A stretch of 64,000 nucleotides of DNA, taken from NCBI GenBank assembly GCA_963832165.1, contig CAWHTE010000007.1:928001-992000 (forward strand), in the 5' to 3' direction. The notes beneath the pieces are model-generated. The model searched no databases. It was not told where the DNA came from and worked only from the letters and a program-made list of their open reading frames with translations. This DNA is from an uncultured delta proteobacterium. Its GTDB lineage: Bacteria; Myxococcota_A; UBA9160; SMWR01. The number at the start of each line of letters is the position of its first letter. Positions within the stretch are counted from its first letter, which is position 1. Below, one piece after another: positions 11,151-21,185 of the stretch. A program made the translations under genes and the position numbers.

Positions 11151-12165
11151 ACGCGCGCGGCCTTCGGAGGTCGAGCCCTACCTGCGCGGCTGTGCGTGGC
11201 CGGCCGCGGAGTGGGCGGCCTACCCGCGCTGCGATCCGGGGCCGGCCGGAGCGCGGCTGCCCGCCGACACGCGCGCGCAGGCGGCGCTGCCCGTGGGCGT
11301 GCGTCTCGAGTTCACGGGGGAAGTGGAGGCGGTGGAGCTCGACTACGAGACGGCGACCGCCGAGCTCGGGCCGCGCGGAGACGGCGCGGGCACGACGTTC
11401 GCGCTCTATCGCGGTGAGCGGCTCGTGAGCGAGGTGCCCGCGGTGCTCGGCAAGGGCACGGTGCGCCTCGCCGCGGGCGCGGGACCCACGCGCGGCATCG
11501 TCTATCTGCCCGAGGCCATGCGCCCGGTCGTCCTGGGATTCCGCGCGATCGGCGGCGCGCTTGCGCCCGCTCCGCCGCAACGGCGCTGGCTCTGTTATGG
11601 CGATTCGATCGCGGAAGGCTGGCGCGCCGCGGGGCCCGCGGGCGCGTGGCCCGCGCGCGCAGGGCGCGCCTGTGAGCTCGATGTGGTCAACCTGGGCTAT
11701 GCGGGAGGCGCTCGCGGCGAGCTCGCGTCCGCGGAGGAGCTCGCGCAGCTCTCGGCGGACGTGATCAGCATCGCGCACGGCACGAACTGCTGGACGCGAA
11801 CGCCTCACGACGTCGACTTGTTTCGCGCCGGGCTCGCGAGCTTTCTCGCGATCGTGCGGCAGCAGCATCCCGCGCTGCCGATCGTCGCGGTCAGCCCAGT
11901 CCTGCGCGTGGACGCGGAGGAGACCTGCAATCGGCTCGGCACGACGCTCGCCGATCTGCGCGGCGCGTTCGAGGACGTGGTGCACGAGCGGATCCGCGAT
12001 GGCGATGCGCGGCTCTCGCTCGTGCCGGGTCTGCCGCTCTTGCCCGCAGAGCGCTTCGCCGATGGCATTCACCCCGACGACGAAGGCCATGCGCGGCTCG
12101 CGGCTGCGCTCGGCCCGCTGATCCGCGCCGCGTGCGACCGCGCGGCGCTCGAGGACGACCGGTGA
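11131..12165 (+). CDS. SGNH/GDSL family hydrolase
   Basis: YGDSI, NLGYAG, GTN and DGIHP blocks. Confidence 0.85.
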   Translation: MRSSSTERARPSEVEPYLRGCAWPAAEWAAYPRCDPGPAGARLPADTRAQAALPVGVRLEFTGEVEAVELDYETATAELGPRGDGAGTTFALYRGERLVSEVPAVLGKGTVRLAAGAGPTRGIVYLPEAMRPVVLGFRAIGGALAPAPPQRRWLCYGDSIAEGWRAAGPAGAWPARAGRACELDVVNLGYAGGARGELASAEELAQLSADVISIAHGTNCWTRTPHDVDLFRAGLASFLAIVRQQHPALPIVAVSPVLRVDAEETCNRLGTTLADLRGAFEDVVHERIRDGDARLSLVPGLPLLPAERFADGIHPDDEGHARLAAALGPLIRAACDRAALEDDR

Positions 12166-12965
12166 GTGATTTCTTCGACGTGTTCCGCCTCGACGGCCGC
12201 GTAGCCGCCGTCACGGGCGCGGCCAGCGGCATCGGGCGCGCGGTCGCAGAGGTACTCTCGGCCGCGGGCGCGCGCGTGATGCTGGGCGACCTCGACACCG
12301 CGGGTGCGCAGTCGGCCGCGCGCGAGATCGAGGCGCGCGGCGGCACGGCGATCGCGCAGCGCGTCGACGTGTCCGTGCGCGCGGATCACGAAGCGCTCGT
12401 CGCGCGCGCTCTCGCGGAGTGGGGCCGCCTCGACGTGATGGTGAACGTCGCGGGCGTGCCGAGCGACGGCCCGCTCGCGGACGTGGATGAGGCGGAGATC
12501 GATCGCGTGATCGCGATCAACTTGAAGGGGACGCTGTTCGGGTGTCAGGCGGCCGTGCGCGCGATGGCGCAGCGCGGCGGCGGCAGCATCGTGAACGTCG
12601 CCTCGGGCGCCATCGATCTCGCCGTGCCGAACTACGGGCTCTACGCGCTCACGAAGTCCGCGATCGCGATGATGAGCCAGACGCTGGCCACCGAGGTCGG
12701 CCGCCACGGCATTCGCGTGAACGTGATCGCACCCGGCGCGACGCTCACGAATTTCACGCAGCGCCACCTGCGCGACGCCGAGGGCAACGTCGACCCCGCG
12801 CGCCTCGACGTGTTCCTGGCTGCGATGCGCGAGCGTTCGCCGCTCGGGCTCGTGGGCGAGCCGATCGACCAAGCCTGGCTCGTGCTCTATCTCGCGTCCG
12901 ATGCTTCGCGCTTCTGCACGGGTCAGATCTGGCGCGCGAACGGCGGCCAGACGATTCCGCGCTGA
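12162..12965 (+). CDS. SDR family oxidoreductase
   Basis: TGAASGIG, NVAG, YALTK; GTGA overlap with the upstream stop. Confidence 0.9.
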   Translation: MSDFFDVFRLDGRVAAVTGAASGIGRAVAEVLSAAGARVMLGDLDTAGAQSAAREIEARGGTAIAQRVDVSVRADHEALVARALAEWGRLDVMVNVAGVPSDGPLADVDEAEIDRVIAINLKGTLFGCQAAVRAMAQRGGGSIVNVASGAIDLAVPNYGLYALTKSAIAMMSQTLATEVGRHGIRVNVIAPGATLTNFTQRHLRDAEGNVDPARLDVFLAAMRERSPLGLVGEPIDQAWLVLYLASDASRFCTGQIWRANGGQTIPR

Positions 12966-12981
12966 GATCGCCTGGCGGCAT

Positions 12982-13749
12982 TCACTCCGGCTTTGCGCTC
13001 TCGTACAGGTCTTCGAGCCGCGGCGACATCCAGCCGTTCGGCGGTGTGAACCCGGGGGCGAGCGCATGCACGCGCGCGAAGGACTCGACTGCGCGATCCG
13101 TCTCTCCGATCGCGGCCAGTGCGCTTCCCGTGACGAACGCAGTGCGCGCGGAGAGCGAGCGCGCCGCCGCGGAACCCTTTACGCTCGCGAGGGTCTCCTC
13201 GGCATCGCGTGCGCTCTCGAGTGCGGACTCGAAGCGCGCTGCGCGGTACTCCTCGAACGCGTGGTCGACGAGCTCTTCGGCTCGCTCGATCTGGGGATCG
13301 GGCGCGTCCGTTGGAGCCGTGGGCGGAGGGGCACGGGGCGGCGTCTTGGCTGCGACCGCCTTCGGCTTGGTCTTCTCCGCAGGCAACACGGCCTGGGGTG
13401 GAAGGATCAGCCGCTGCCCGACTTCGATCCGATCCGAAGTGCGCATTCGATTGAACCAGGCGATTGTAGAAACAGGCACGCTATAGCGCCGCGCCACGTT
13501 CTCAAGCGACTCTCCTTCGTGTACGCGGTGAACGATCAGTGCGCGATTGGGGATCCGGAGGATCTGGCCGGCCGCAATGCTCTTGGGGTCGCGAATTCGG
13601 TTCTCGCGCGCGAGTCGATCGACGCTCACGCCATAGCCCTGTGCGATCCAAGCCAAAGTATCGCCGGCTCTCACGCGGTGGTACGCTGGCTGGCGCCGGG
13701 CGGCGATCGTTTCACATGCGCACAGCAGCGCGGCGATCGCTGCGATCAC
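12982..13749 (-). CDS. Lipoprotein with two LysM domains and a C-terminal TPR-like region (start uncertain)
   Basis: 3' part of ORF 12982..14883: lipobox LLCAC, HRVRAGDTLAWIAQGYGVS and HRVHEGESLENVARRYSV, Pro-rich linker, helical tail. Confidence 0.8.
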   Translation of the reverse strand: MIAAIAALLCACETIAARRQPAYHRVRAGDTLAWIAQGYGVSVDRLARENRIRDPKSIAAGQILRIPNRALIVHRVHEGESLENVARRYSVPVSTIAWFNRMRTSDRIEVGQRLILPPQAVLPAEKTKPKAVAAKTPPRAPPPTAPTDAPDPQIERAEELVDHAFEEYRAARFESALESARDAEETLASVKGSAAARSLSARTAFVTGSALAAIGETDRAVESFARVHALAPGFTPPNGWMSPRLEDLYESAKPE

Positions 13750-13792
13750 CGCAACGCCGCGCCGGGTATCGATTTTGCGTGAGGATCGCGCG

Positions 13793-15310
13793 ATGACGAA
13801 CGCCGCCCCTGCCCGAGGACGAGCAGGCGCGATCCATCTCGACGTGAGGGCGCTCGTCGCGGCGTGGACGGGCGATCGACCCAGCCCAGAGTTCTGGATC
13901 GAGACGGACGCGATCCAGAGCGCGCGGCGCGAGATCGAGAAGGCGCTCGGCAGCCGGCCCGATCCGATCCTGATCACGGGCCCGAGCGGCCGCGGAAAGT
14001 CGCACCTCTTGCGTTCGCTCTGGTATCGCCCGCTGAGCGGATATGCACCCACGGTGGTGCCGTCCTCGACCGCCGAGCCCGATCGGATCGCAGCCCAGAT
14101 CCTCTCGGCGACGCGCGCGGGCCAGGTCCACGACGCCGACGCCGCGCTGACGCGTCTCTTTTCAGCAAAAGCGCTGCGCGGTGACGTCCCGGTTCTGCTC
14201 ATCGACGACCTGCACTCGATGCCCCACGCCAGCCTATCGCACTTGCTCTCGATCGCTGATGCTTCTCGCGTCGAGGTGAGGGTGATCGCTGCGGGATTGG
14301 AGGGACCCGCGCTGGAGGCGGTGGTTCCGATCCTTCCGGGGCGGATCCTCAGGGTCGAGATCGCCGATTCCTGGACCCGCGCCGACGCAGAGCGCCTGAT
14401 CACGCGCATCGCCGAGGCGATCAAGGCCGAGCCGGAGAAGCTGCTCGCGCAGATCGATATCGACGAGGTGATTCGCGCTTGCGATGGCAATCCCCGCCTC
14501 GTGCGCGCCGCGCTCGCGCAGCAGCTCGACGCGCTGGGCCTGGACCGCCTGAAGGCCGAGCAGGTGTCGGCTCCGGCAACGGCGCCCGAGGTTCCTGCGA
14601 GTTCCGAGCGCGTCGATTCTGCGGCAGTGCCTCCGATCGCGTCATGGAGCTCGGCCCGGGTTCCGCTTTCGGAGCGCATGGCGCCCCTCCGCGCGGGGCT
14701 CGCGCAGCCGACCAAGTCAGGGGTGCGGCTGCTCGCGCGACTGTTCGCGTCGCGTCCCGATGTGCGGCTGCGCGGGTCGTCCAAACACGCGCGACAGATC
14801 ACCTTCGCAGGGATCGCCGCCTGCATCGCGATCGCATGGCTGTTCGATCGCGGCTTCGCGATCGCCGCATGGTCGGCGGGCACCGCGTCCGCCTATCGCG
14901 CGGACGTTCTGCGACGAGCCGATGCGTCTGCGCCGCCCGAGTCCGCGGCGGTGCAAGAGCCCGTGATGGAGAGTGCCGAGGTCGATGTCGAGGCCGCGCC
15001 GGTGGAGACCGCGCCGGTGGAGCCCGCCGAGCCGCCGATCCGAGTGGCCGTGAACTCCGACCCGTGGGCGGAGGTGCAGGTGGATGGAATCGTCGCGGGC
15101 ACCACGCCGTTCACGCTCGAACTCACCCCGGGTCTGCACCGCTTCCGCGCCGTGATGGCGGATGGACGCGTGGTCGAGCAGGACCACGAGATCGCGCCGG
15201 GCCGAGATCGCGTGGTATTCCGTCAGGACGTCGCGGAGAAGAGCGACAAGAGCGCGCGGACGCCCTCTGCGAAATCCGGCTCGGGCACGAGCAGGGACAC
15301 GACGAGGTAG
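13793..15310 (+). CDS. ExeA/GspA-like P-loop ATPase with TM segment and C-terminal PEGA-like domain
   Basis: GPSGRGKS Walker A, LLIDD Walker B, CDGNPR, hydrophobic segment, VAVNSDPWAEVQVDG..GTTP PEGA-like motif. Confidence 0.7.
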   Translation: MTNAAPARGRAGAIHLDVRALVAAWTGDRPSPEFWIETDAIQSARREIEKALGSRPDPILITGPSGRGKSHLLRSLWYRPLSGYAPTVVPSSTAEPDRIAAQILSATRAGQVHDADAALTRLFSAKALRGDVPVLLIDDLHSMPHASLSHLLSIADASRVEVRVIAAGLEGPALEAVVPILPGRILRVEIADSWTRADAERLITRIAEAIKAEPEKLLAQIDIDEVIRACDGNPRLVRAALAQQLDALGLDRLKAEQVSAPATAPEVPASSERVDSAAVPPIASWSSARVPLSERMAPLRAGLAQPTKSGVRLLARLFASRPDVRLRGSSKHARQITFAGIAACIAIAWLFDRGFAIAAWSAGTASAYRADVLRRADASAPPESAAVQEPVMESAEVDVEAAPVETAPVEPAEPPIRVAVNSDPWAEVQVDGIVAGTTPFTLELTPGLHRFRAVMADGRVVEQDHEIAPGRDRVVFRQDVAEKSDKSARTPSAKSGSGTSRDTTR

Positions 15311-16383
15311 GGACCGCGCTCGAAGTCGTAGAGCCAGCCCGGCTGCACGAGCACGCCGTGCTCCTCGAGCAGCGAGAGAGCCCATTCGTCGTCGGAGCGC
15401 GTCGCGGGCAGGCGCAGTACGCCGTACCAGCCGCCCTCGGCGTGCAGGAGCGTCGCGGGACTGCCCTCGAGCGCGCGGGCGAGCACCCCCCGGTTGTGCC
15501 CGAGGCGCGCTCCGATCGCAGCGCGCGTCTCGCGTGCGTGCGCGAAGATCTGCGGCAGCGCGAGCTGGACCGGGGTGGCCAGCGACAGGTACGCGTCGGC
15601 GAGGATCTCGAGGCGCGCGAGCGCTTCGGGCGCCTCGCGGCCTCCGGCGATCATCCACGCGAGCTTGAGCTGCGGCAGCGCTGCGTACTTCGAGAGTCCG
15701 CCGAGCGCGAGCACGAGCGGCGCGTCGCCCGCTGCGTCCAGCAGCGACGGCGTCCGCTCCGGATCGCTCGCGAACGCGTATGCCCCGAAGACCTCGTCGC
15801 TCACGATCGGAAGCCCGAGCGCGCCGAGCGCGCACATCTCCTCGTGCGACACGAACGAGCCCGTCGGGTTGTTCGGGTTCACGCACACGATCGCGCGCAC
15901 GCGCGGCTCGCGCGCTCGAACGCGCAGATCGGCGAGGTCGATGTGCCAGGCGCCGTCGTAGGCGAGGCGATACGCGCACAGCTCTACGCCGTCGGCACGC
16001 GCGAGGTGTTCGAGCAGCGGATAGCTCGGGCGCGGCACGAGCACGCGGTCACCCGGATCGCAGAGCAGCCGGAATGCGAGCGAGTAGGCCTCGCTCGTGC
16101 TGCACAAGAGCGCGATGCGATCCCAGCTCGTGGGCGCACCTCCGCGTGCGAGCTCCTCGGCGACCGCGAGCCGCGCCTCGGGGTGGCCGAGCGGGTGCGG
16201 CTCATAGCGGGCTCCGCGCGGGTCCGCGAGCACCGCGAGCAGTGCAGCCGGTGTGGGGAAGCCCGCGGCCGTGGGGTTGCTCTCGGTGAGATCGACGATG
16301 CGCGCGCCGCGCTCGCGTGCGGCGGCGAGGGCGCGCGCGAGCGCGTTGGGCTCGCGTTCGAACGCGGAGCGATCCGAGAACAC
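15223..16383 (-). CDS. PLP-dependent aminotransferase class I/II
   Basis: DLTESNPT, NPNNPTG, SDEVF, GLSK (PLP lysine). Confidence 0.9.
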   Translation of the reverse strand: MFSDRSAFEREPNALARALAAARERGARIVDLTESNPTAAGFPTPAALLAVLADPRGARYEPHPLGHPEARLAVAEELARGGAPTSWDRIALLCSTSEAYSLAFRLLCDPGDRVLVPRPSYPLLEHLARADGVELCAYRLAYDGAWHIDLADLRVRAREPRVRAIVCVNPNNPTGSFVSHEEMCALGALGLPIVSDEVFGAYAFASDPERTPSLLDAAGDAPLVLALGGLSKYAALPQLKLAWMIAGGREAPEALARLEILADAYLSLATPVQLALPQIFAHARETRAAIGARLGHNRGVLARALEGSPATLLHAEGGWYGVLRLPATRSDDEWALSLLEEHGVLVQPGWLYDFERGPYLVVSLLVPEPDFAEGVRALLSLFSATS

Positions 16384-16471
16384 GCGCGCAGTGTACTTCC
16401 AGATGCCGGGCCATCGCGCGGCTCTCGCGCGATCGTTCGGTAGGCTGTGGCCGCGACGGAGGTGAAACTAC

Positions 16472-17447
16472 ATGTGGCGCGCCCTGGCTGCGCAGGGAAA
16501 CGGGGAGCCGAGTCGGATCGAGACCGCCGAGCAGCTCCGCGCGGCACTCGCCGCGGACAAGGGGGGCGTCTGGATCGACTTCTTCGAAGCCACTCCCGAA
16601 GAGGTGAAGCTGCTCGCCGAGACGTTCCAACTCGACCCGCTCACCGTCGAGGACTGCGTCAACGACCTTCACCATCCCAAGATCGACGACTTCGGGAGCT
16701 ACCTCTACCTCGTGGTGCACGGCGTGCGCGCGGGATCGCGGCGCGGCGAGATGAAGACCGTCGAGCTCGACGTGGTGATCAAGAGGAACGCGCTCGTCAC
16801 GTTCCGCCACTCGGAGATGCGCAGCGTCTCGGACACCTGGCACCGCGCGGAATCGCGGCCGGGCTACCTCGCGCACGGGCCCGTGTTCCTGCTCCAGGCG
16901 ATCCTCGCTTCGCAGGCCGACCACTACATCGACGAGGTCGAGACGCTCCAGGAGGAGATCCACAAGCTCGAAGCGAACGTGTTCGCCGACCGCCAGCCGG
17001 TGGGCTTCGAGCGCCAGGTGTTCTCGGTGAAGCGCGACATCGCGCACCTGCGGCAGATCCTCGGCGCGCAGCGCGAGCTCGTGCACCGGATCGGCCGCGG
17101 CGATTTCAGCGAGGTGCCCGAAGCGGATGTGCATGGTCTTCCGCGACGTCTACGACCACCTCTACCGCGCCACCGAAATGCTCGACACGCTGCGCGACCT
17201 CTCGATGGCGCTGCTCGAGACCCACCTCGCGATCGTCGCGAACCGCACCAACCTCGTGATGCGCGTACTGACCACGGTGGCGACGTTCATCCTGCCGCTC
17301 ACGCTCGTGACGGGCTGGTTCGGGATGAACTTCCGCGGGCTCTCGCTCCTCGGGATCGAGAACCCCGACCTGTTCGTTCTGGGGCTGTTCGCGGTCGTGA
17401 CCCTCGTGATGGTGCTCGTGCTGCGCCGAGGGGGCTGGCTCCAGTAG
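16472..17447 (+). CDS. corA: Magnesium/cobalt transporter CorA (frameshift near 17125)
   Basis: HPKIDDF, FRDVYDHL, N..MRVLT, GWFGMNF signature; ORFs 16472 and 17127 join. Confidence 0.88.
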
Positions 17448-17528
17448 TTCCCCTCGGGGAGCCCGCTGACGAACGCGTTTCCCCGCTCGATCTGGCAGAA
17501 TCGGAGGCGCTGCAATGGAGCCGAACCG

Positions 17529-18487
17529 ATGCTGACTGCTGATCGCGACCCGTTCTCGAACACCGCCGATCCGGCCGCGTACATCCCGCGCACCGCGACG
17601 GAGTTTGCGCTGGTTCAGCTCGAGATGGCGCTGCACGACGGCTGCGGCGTGTTATGTCTCGAAGGGCCGGCGGGATCCGGCAAGACGCTGCTCTTGCACG
17701 TGCTCGAGGAGCGGCTCGCGGGAGATTTCTCCACGCTGCGCGTGCCGTATCCGATGCTCGATCCCGACGAGTTCTGTCGCTGGGCTCTCGACGCGCTAGG
17801 CGGCGACCTATCGGCGCCCGATCCCGGGAGCGCGCTCGCGGTGCGCATCGACCGCCTGGCTTCGTCCGGCAAGCCGCTCATCTGGATGATCGACGACGCC
17901 GACAGCATGCCCGCCTCCACGCTGCGTCGTCTGTTGCAGCTGCAGCGCAGTGCGGGCGATGCGCTGCGCCTGCTGCTCACGCGTTCGGGCGAGCTCGTGA
18001 TCGACGAGCTCGCGCAGGCCGGTGTCGCTCCCGAGATCGTCGAGCTCGAGGGCGAGATGGACCGCTCGGAGATGGCGCAGTACGTGCGCGCGCGCCTCGA
18101 CCGCTCGGGCGCTCCACCCGACGAGCGCGAGCAGATCGAGAGCGCGCTCGATCGTCTCTACGCGCGCTCGCACGGGAATCCCGGCCAGCTGCACGCGGCC
18201 GCGGCGGTGCTGCTCTGCTTCGGCTTCGACCGGCTCTGCGCGCTTCCCGCAGACGGGCCCGCAGAATCGCCCGTTCAGGGCGATGTCGCTGCGGCGGTCC
18301 CGGACGAGCGCGTTTCGATCGAGTCGCTAGTCGCAGAGGCGGTTGCGGCGGAGCAGCCCGCGGAGGAGATCACCGCCGCGCTCGATTTCTCACCGGATCC
18401 CGAGTCCGAGCCCGACCCCCAGCCCGATCCCCAGCCGGCGAGGGCTCCGAAGCGGATCCGCCTGCGCGGCGGCTCGGCCGGCGCTAA
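17529..18487 (+). CDS. ExeA-like AAA ATPase (3' end ambiguous: TAA at 18487 via frameshift, or 18665)
   Basis: DPFSNTADP, GPAGSGKT, WMIDDAD, YVRARL, SHGNPG. Confidence 0.72.
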
Positions 18488-18505
18488 CCGCCAAAGGAAC
18501 CCCCA

Positions 18506-19306
18506 TTGCCGCGCGCTCGTCTGTTCACGGCGATCTCTGGACTCGTCTTTGTCGCTCTGTTGTTGCCGAGCTGCGTTCGCACCGTCGATTCGGGGCACGG
18601 CGCCGTGCTCTGGACGCTGTTCAGCGGCACACAGGAAGAGGTCTATGGCGAGGGTGTGCACCTGATCGCACCCTGGAACCGCTTCACGCGCTACGACGTG
18701 CGCACCCAGGACCAGAAGGAGATGCTGCACATCCTCTCCAGCAATGGACTCTCGGTGAATATCGAGGCCTCGATCCGCTTCCACCCGCTGCGCGACGAGC
18801 TCGCCCAGCTGCACACGGAGATCGGCCCCGGCTACTACGAGGTGATCATCGCGCCGGTTCTGCGCAGCGAGGCGCGCAAGGTGGGCGGGCGTTATTCGCC
18901 CGAGGAGATCTACGCGAGCAAGCGCGAGGTGGTGGAGCACGAGATCCTCGAGGTCGTGCGAGGGGCGATGATCGGCAAGCACGTCGAGCTCGAGGCGATC
19001 CTGATCCGCGACGTCGATCTGCCCGAGAACATCAAGCGCGCGATCAGCGAGAAGCTCGAAGAGGAGCAGAAGTCGCTCAAGATGCAGTTCACGCTCACCC
19101 GCGAGCGCCAGGAGGCCGAGCGCAAGCGGATCGAGGCGCAGGGGATCGCCGATTTCCAGCGCATCGTCGCCACGGGGATCAGCGACGAGCTGCTGCGCTG
19201 GAAGGGCATCGAGGCCACCGAGAAGATCGCGCAGAGCAGCAACACGAAGGTGGTCGTGATCGGACAGGGCAAGGACGGCCTGCCGCTGATTCTCGGCGGA
19301 AACTGA
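18506..19306 (+). CDS. Prohibitin/SPFH (band 7) family protein, probable lipoprotein
   Basis: LLPSC lipobox; EGVHLIAPWN; ILIRDVDLP; EAERKRIEAQG; DGLPLILGG. Confidence 0.9.
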   Translation: MPRARLFTAISGLVFVALLLPSCVRTVDSGHGAVLWTLFSGTQEEVYGEGVHLIAPWNRFTRYDVRTQDQKEMLHILSSNGLSVNIEASIRFHPLRDELAQLHTEIGPGYYEVIIAPVLRSEARKVGGRYSPEEIYASKREVVEHEILEVVRGAMIGKHVELEAILIRDVDLPENIKRAISEKLEEEQKSLKMQFTLTRERQEAERKRIEAQGIADFQRIVATGISDELLRWKGIEATEKIAQSSNTKVVVIGQGKDGLPLILGGN

Positions 19307-19312
19307 CGCGCC

Positions 19313-19918
19313 GTGCGCGAGCTGCTGCCGGGCATCTCGACGTGGGGGCGGCTCTCGGAGCGCCACGGCTACGACTTCAACGGCACGCTCGTGCTGCACG
19401 CCGATGGGAACCTCTGCATCGACCCGGTCGAGCCCGACGCGGCGACTCTCGATCGGCTCGCCGAGCTCGGCGTCGCGCGCGTGCTGCTCACGAATCGCAA
19501 CCACGCGCGCGCTGCGAACACGGTGCGCGAGCGCACGGGCGCCACCGTGGCGATCCACGCCGCCGACGCGGACTACGCGCGCGGACAGGGTGCGCAGGTC
19601 GACGCGGAGCTCGCGGTGGGTGAGCGCGTGGGCCCGTTCACGGTCGTCGGCGTGCCCGGCAAGTCGCCCGGAGAGGTCGCGCTCTTCGACCCCGCGCGCA
19701 AGATCCTCGTGGTGGGTGATGCCGTGATCGGGAATCCCCCGGCGAAGCTCTCGCTGCTCTCCGAGCGCGTGATGGACGATCCGGCGCTCTTGCGCGCGAG
19801 CCTGCGCCGCCTGCTCGAGCTCGACTTCGATGCGATCGTGGTGGGAGACGGCGTGCCGATCCTCACGGGCGCGCACGAGCGATTGCGCGAGCTCGTGGCG
19901 GGCCTTCCGTCTCCCTAG
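19313..19918 (+). CDS. MBL-fold protein with atypical metal motif
   Basis: CIDP, LLTNRNH in place of HxHxDH, PGKSPGE, VVGDA. Confidence 0.75.
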   Translation: MRELLPGISTWGRLSERHGYDFNGTLVLHADGNLCIDPVEPDAATLDRLAELGVARVLLTNRNHARAANTVRERTGATVAIHAADADYARGQGAQVDAELAVGERVGPFTVVGVPGKSPGEVALFDPARKILVVGDAVIGNPPAKLSLLSERVMDDPALLRASLRRLLELDFDAIVVGDGVPILTGAHERLRELVAGLPSP

Positions 19919-21026
19919 GCCGCGATCGTACTTCGTCGACCGCGATCTTCCCGATCGCGAGCATGGGCGCCGCGACGATCGCCCCGGCGACGCCCCACAG
20001 CCAGGACCCGAGCGCTACCGCGATCAGCAGCGCGATCGGATCGAGCGCGAGCCGCCGCCCGAGCAGCGCCGGAGTGATTGCCATGTTCTCGACCCCATTC
20101 AGGATGATGTAGGTGAGCGGCACGAGCAGCGCTCTCCCGGTGTCGTCGAAGCTGATCAGCGCAACGCCCGTGAGCACGATCGTGGTGACGAAAGCCCCCA
20201 GATAGGGCACGAAGTTGAGCACGCCGGCCATCACCCCCCAGAGCAACGGGCTCGGCATGCGCAGGAACCACATCGCGATCCAGACCGCGGACCCGAGGCC
20301 GATGTTCACGACCAGAACCGTGAGCAGATATCGCGAGACCTGTTGCTCGGCCTCATCGAGGAGTGTCTTCGCCGAGCTGCGCGACGCGTCTGGGATCGCG
20401 CGCGCGAGGAGGTCGGTGAGCGGCTTGCTCGAGGCGAGCAGGAAGTAGAGCAGGGAGAAGCTCAGCGCGAAGCCGATCAACAGCGATCGCGCACTCGCGA
20501 CCACGATCGTCGCAAAGCTGTGATCCTGGACGGCGACTTCCGGCTCGGCTCCCTTGAGCGAGGCGATATCGGCCACCCTCGCGGTGGCCTCGGCCACGCG
20601 TTCGATCGGGCGCCAGAGCGACTGGACCTTCTGCTCGATCTCGCGGAGCGTGTGCGGAGCGCGCTCCAGCCACTCGGACGCCGGAGCCGACAGCACCGAG
20701 ACACCGAACGCGATCGCGGTCAACGCTCCTATCACCACGATCCCGGCGCCGACCGGGGTGGGAATGCGCGCGCGGTACAGCGCGCGGACCACTGGCCGCA
20801 GTGCCGCGCTCGCGAGCAGCGCGATCGCGATCGGAAGGAAAATCTGCGAGGCGTCGCGCAGCGCGTTCAGTCCCAGCAGCACCGCGATCGCGATCAGACA
20901 GACCGATTGCACAGATTGCAAGTCGAAGCGCCGCAGCGGCGGCGCACGCCGCTCGTCACGCGCACGCTCGGTGCCCGGATGCACGATCTCGGCAGCCGAC
21001 GGCGGTCGCTCGGATTCGGGGAACAT
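19863..21026 (-). CDS. AI-2E family transporter
   Basis: Multi-TM protein; LLWGVMAGVLNFVPYLG, ENMAITP, WLWGVAGAIVAAP. Confidence 0.88.
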   Translation of the reverse strand: MFPESERPPSAAEIVHPGTERARDERRAPPLRRFDLQSVQSVCLIAIAVLLGLNALRDASQIFLPIAIALLASAALRPVVRALYRARIPTPVGAGIVVIGALTAIAFGVSVLSAPASEWLERAPHTLREIEQKVQSLWRPIERVAEATARVADIASLKGAEPEVAVQDHSFATIVVASARSLLIGFALSFSLLYFLLASSKPLTDLLARAIPDASRSSAKTLLDEAEQQVSRYLLTVLVVNIGLGSAVWIAMWFLRMPSPLLWGVMAGVLNFVPYLGAFVTTIVLTGVALISFDDTGRALLVPLTYIILNGVENMAITPALLGRRLALDPIALLIAVALGSWLWGVAGAIVAAPMLAIGKIAVDEVRSRPRETEGPPRARAIARARP

Positions 21027-21070
21027 CGACGTCCTTCTTGCGAGTATGTGAATTCGCTTCGATCCGTCAC

Positions 21071-21087
21071 CGCAAGATGCGCGCCAA
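21071..21087 (-). promoter_or_regulatory. Sigma54 (-24/-12) promoter for the AI-2E gene
   Basis: Minus strand TTGGCGCGCATCTTGCG = GG-N10-GC, 45 bp upstream of the ATG. Confidence 0.65.
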
Positions 21088-21157
21088 GAGCGACCTGTTG
21101 TTCGATAGCGCTTTGTAGAATCTTCTTCGCGCGCCGAACTGTCGATGCGCGCGCGGC

Positions 21158-21173
21158 AGGCATGAGTCTTGCT
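21158..21173 (+). promoter_or_regulatory. Sigma54 (-24/-12) promoter for the nucleotidyltransferase operon
   Basis: AGGCATGAGTCTTGCT = GG-N10-GC with GGCAT and TTGCT. Confidence 0.6.
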
Positions 21174-21185
21174 CCGTACGATCAC

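Noticed and set aside
18393..18440. PDPESEPDPQPDPQP short repeats
   Set aside because: Ordinary low-complexity Pro-rich protein tail.
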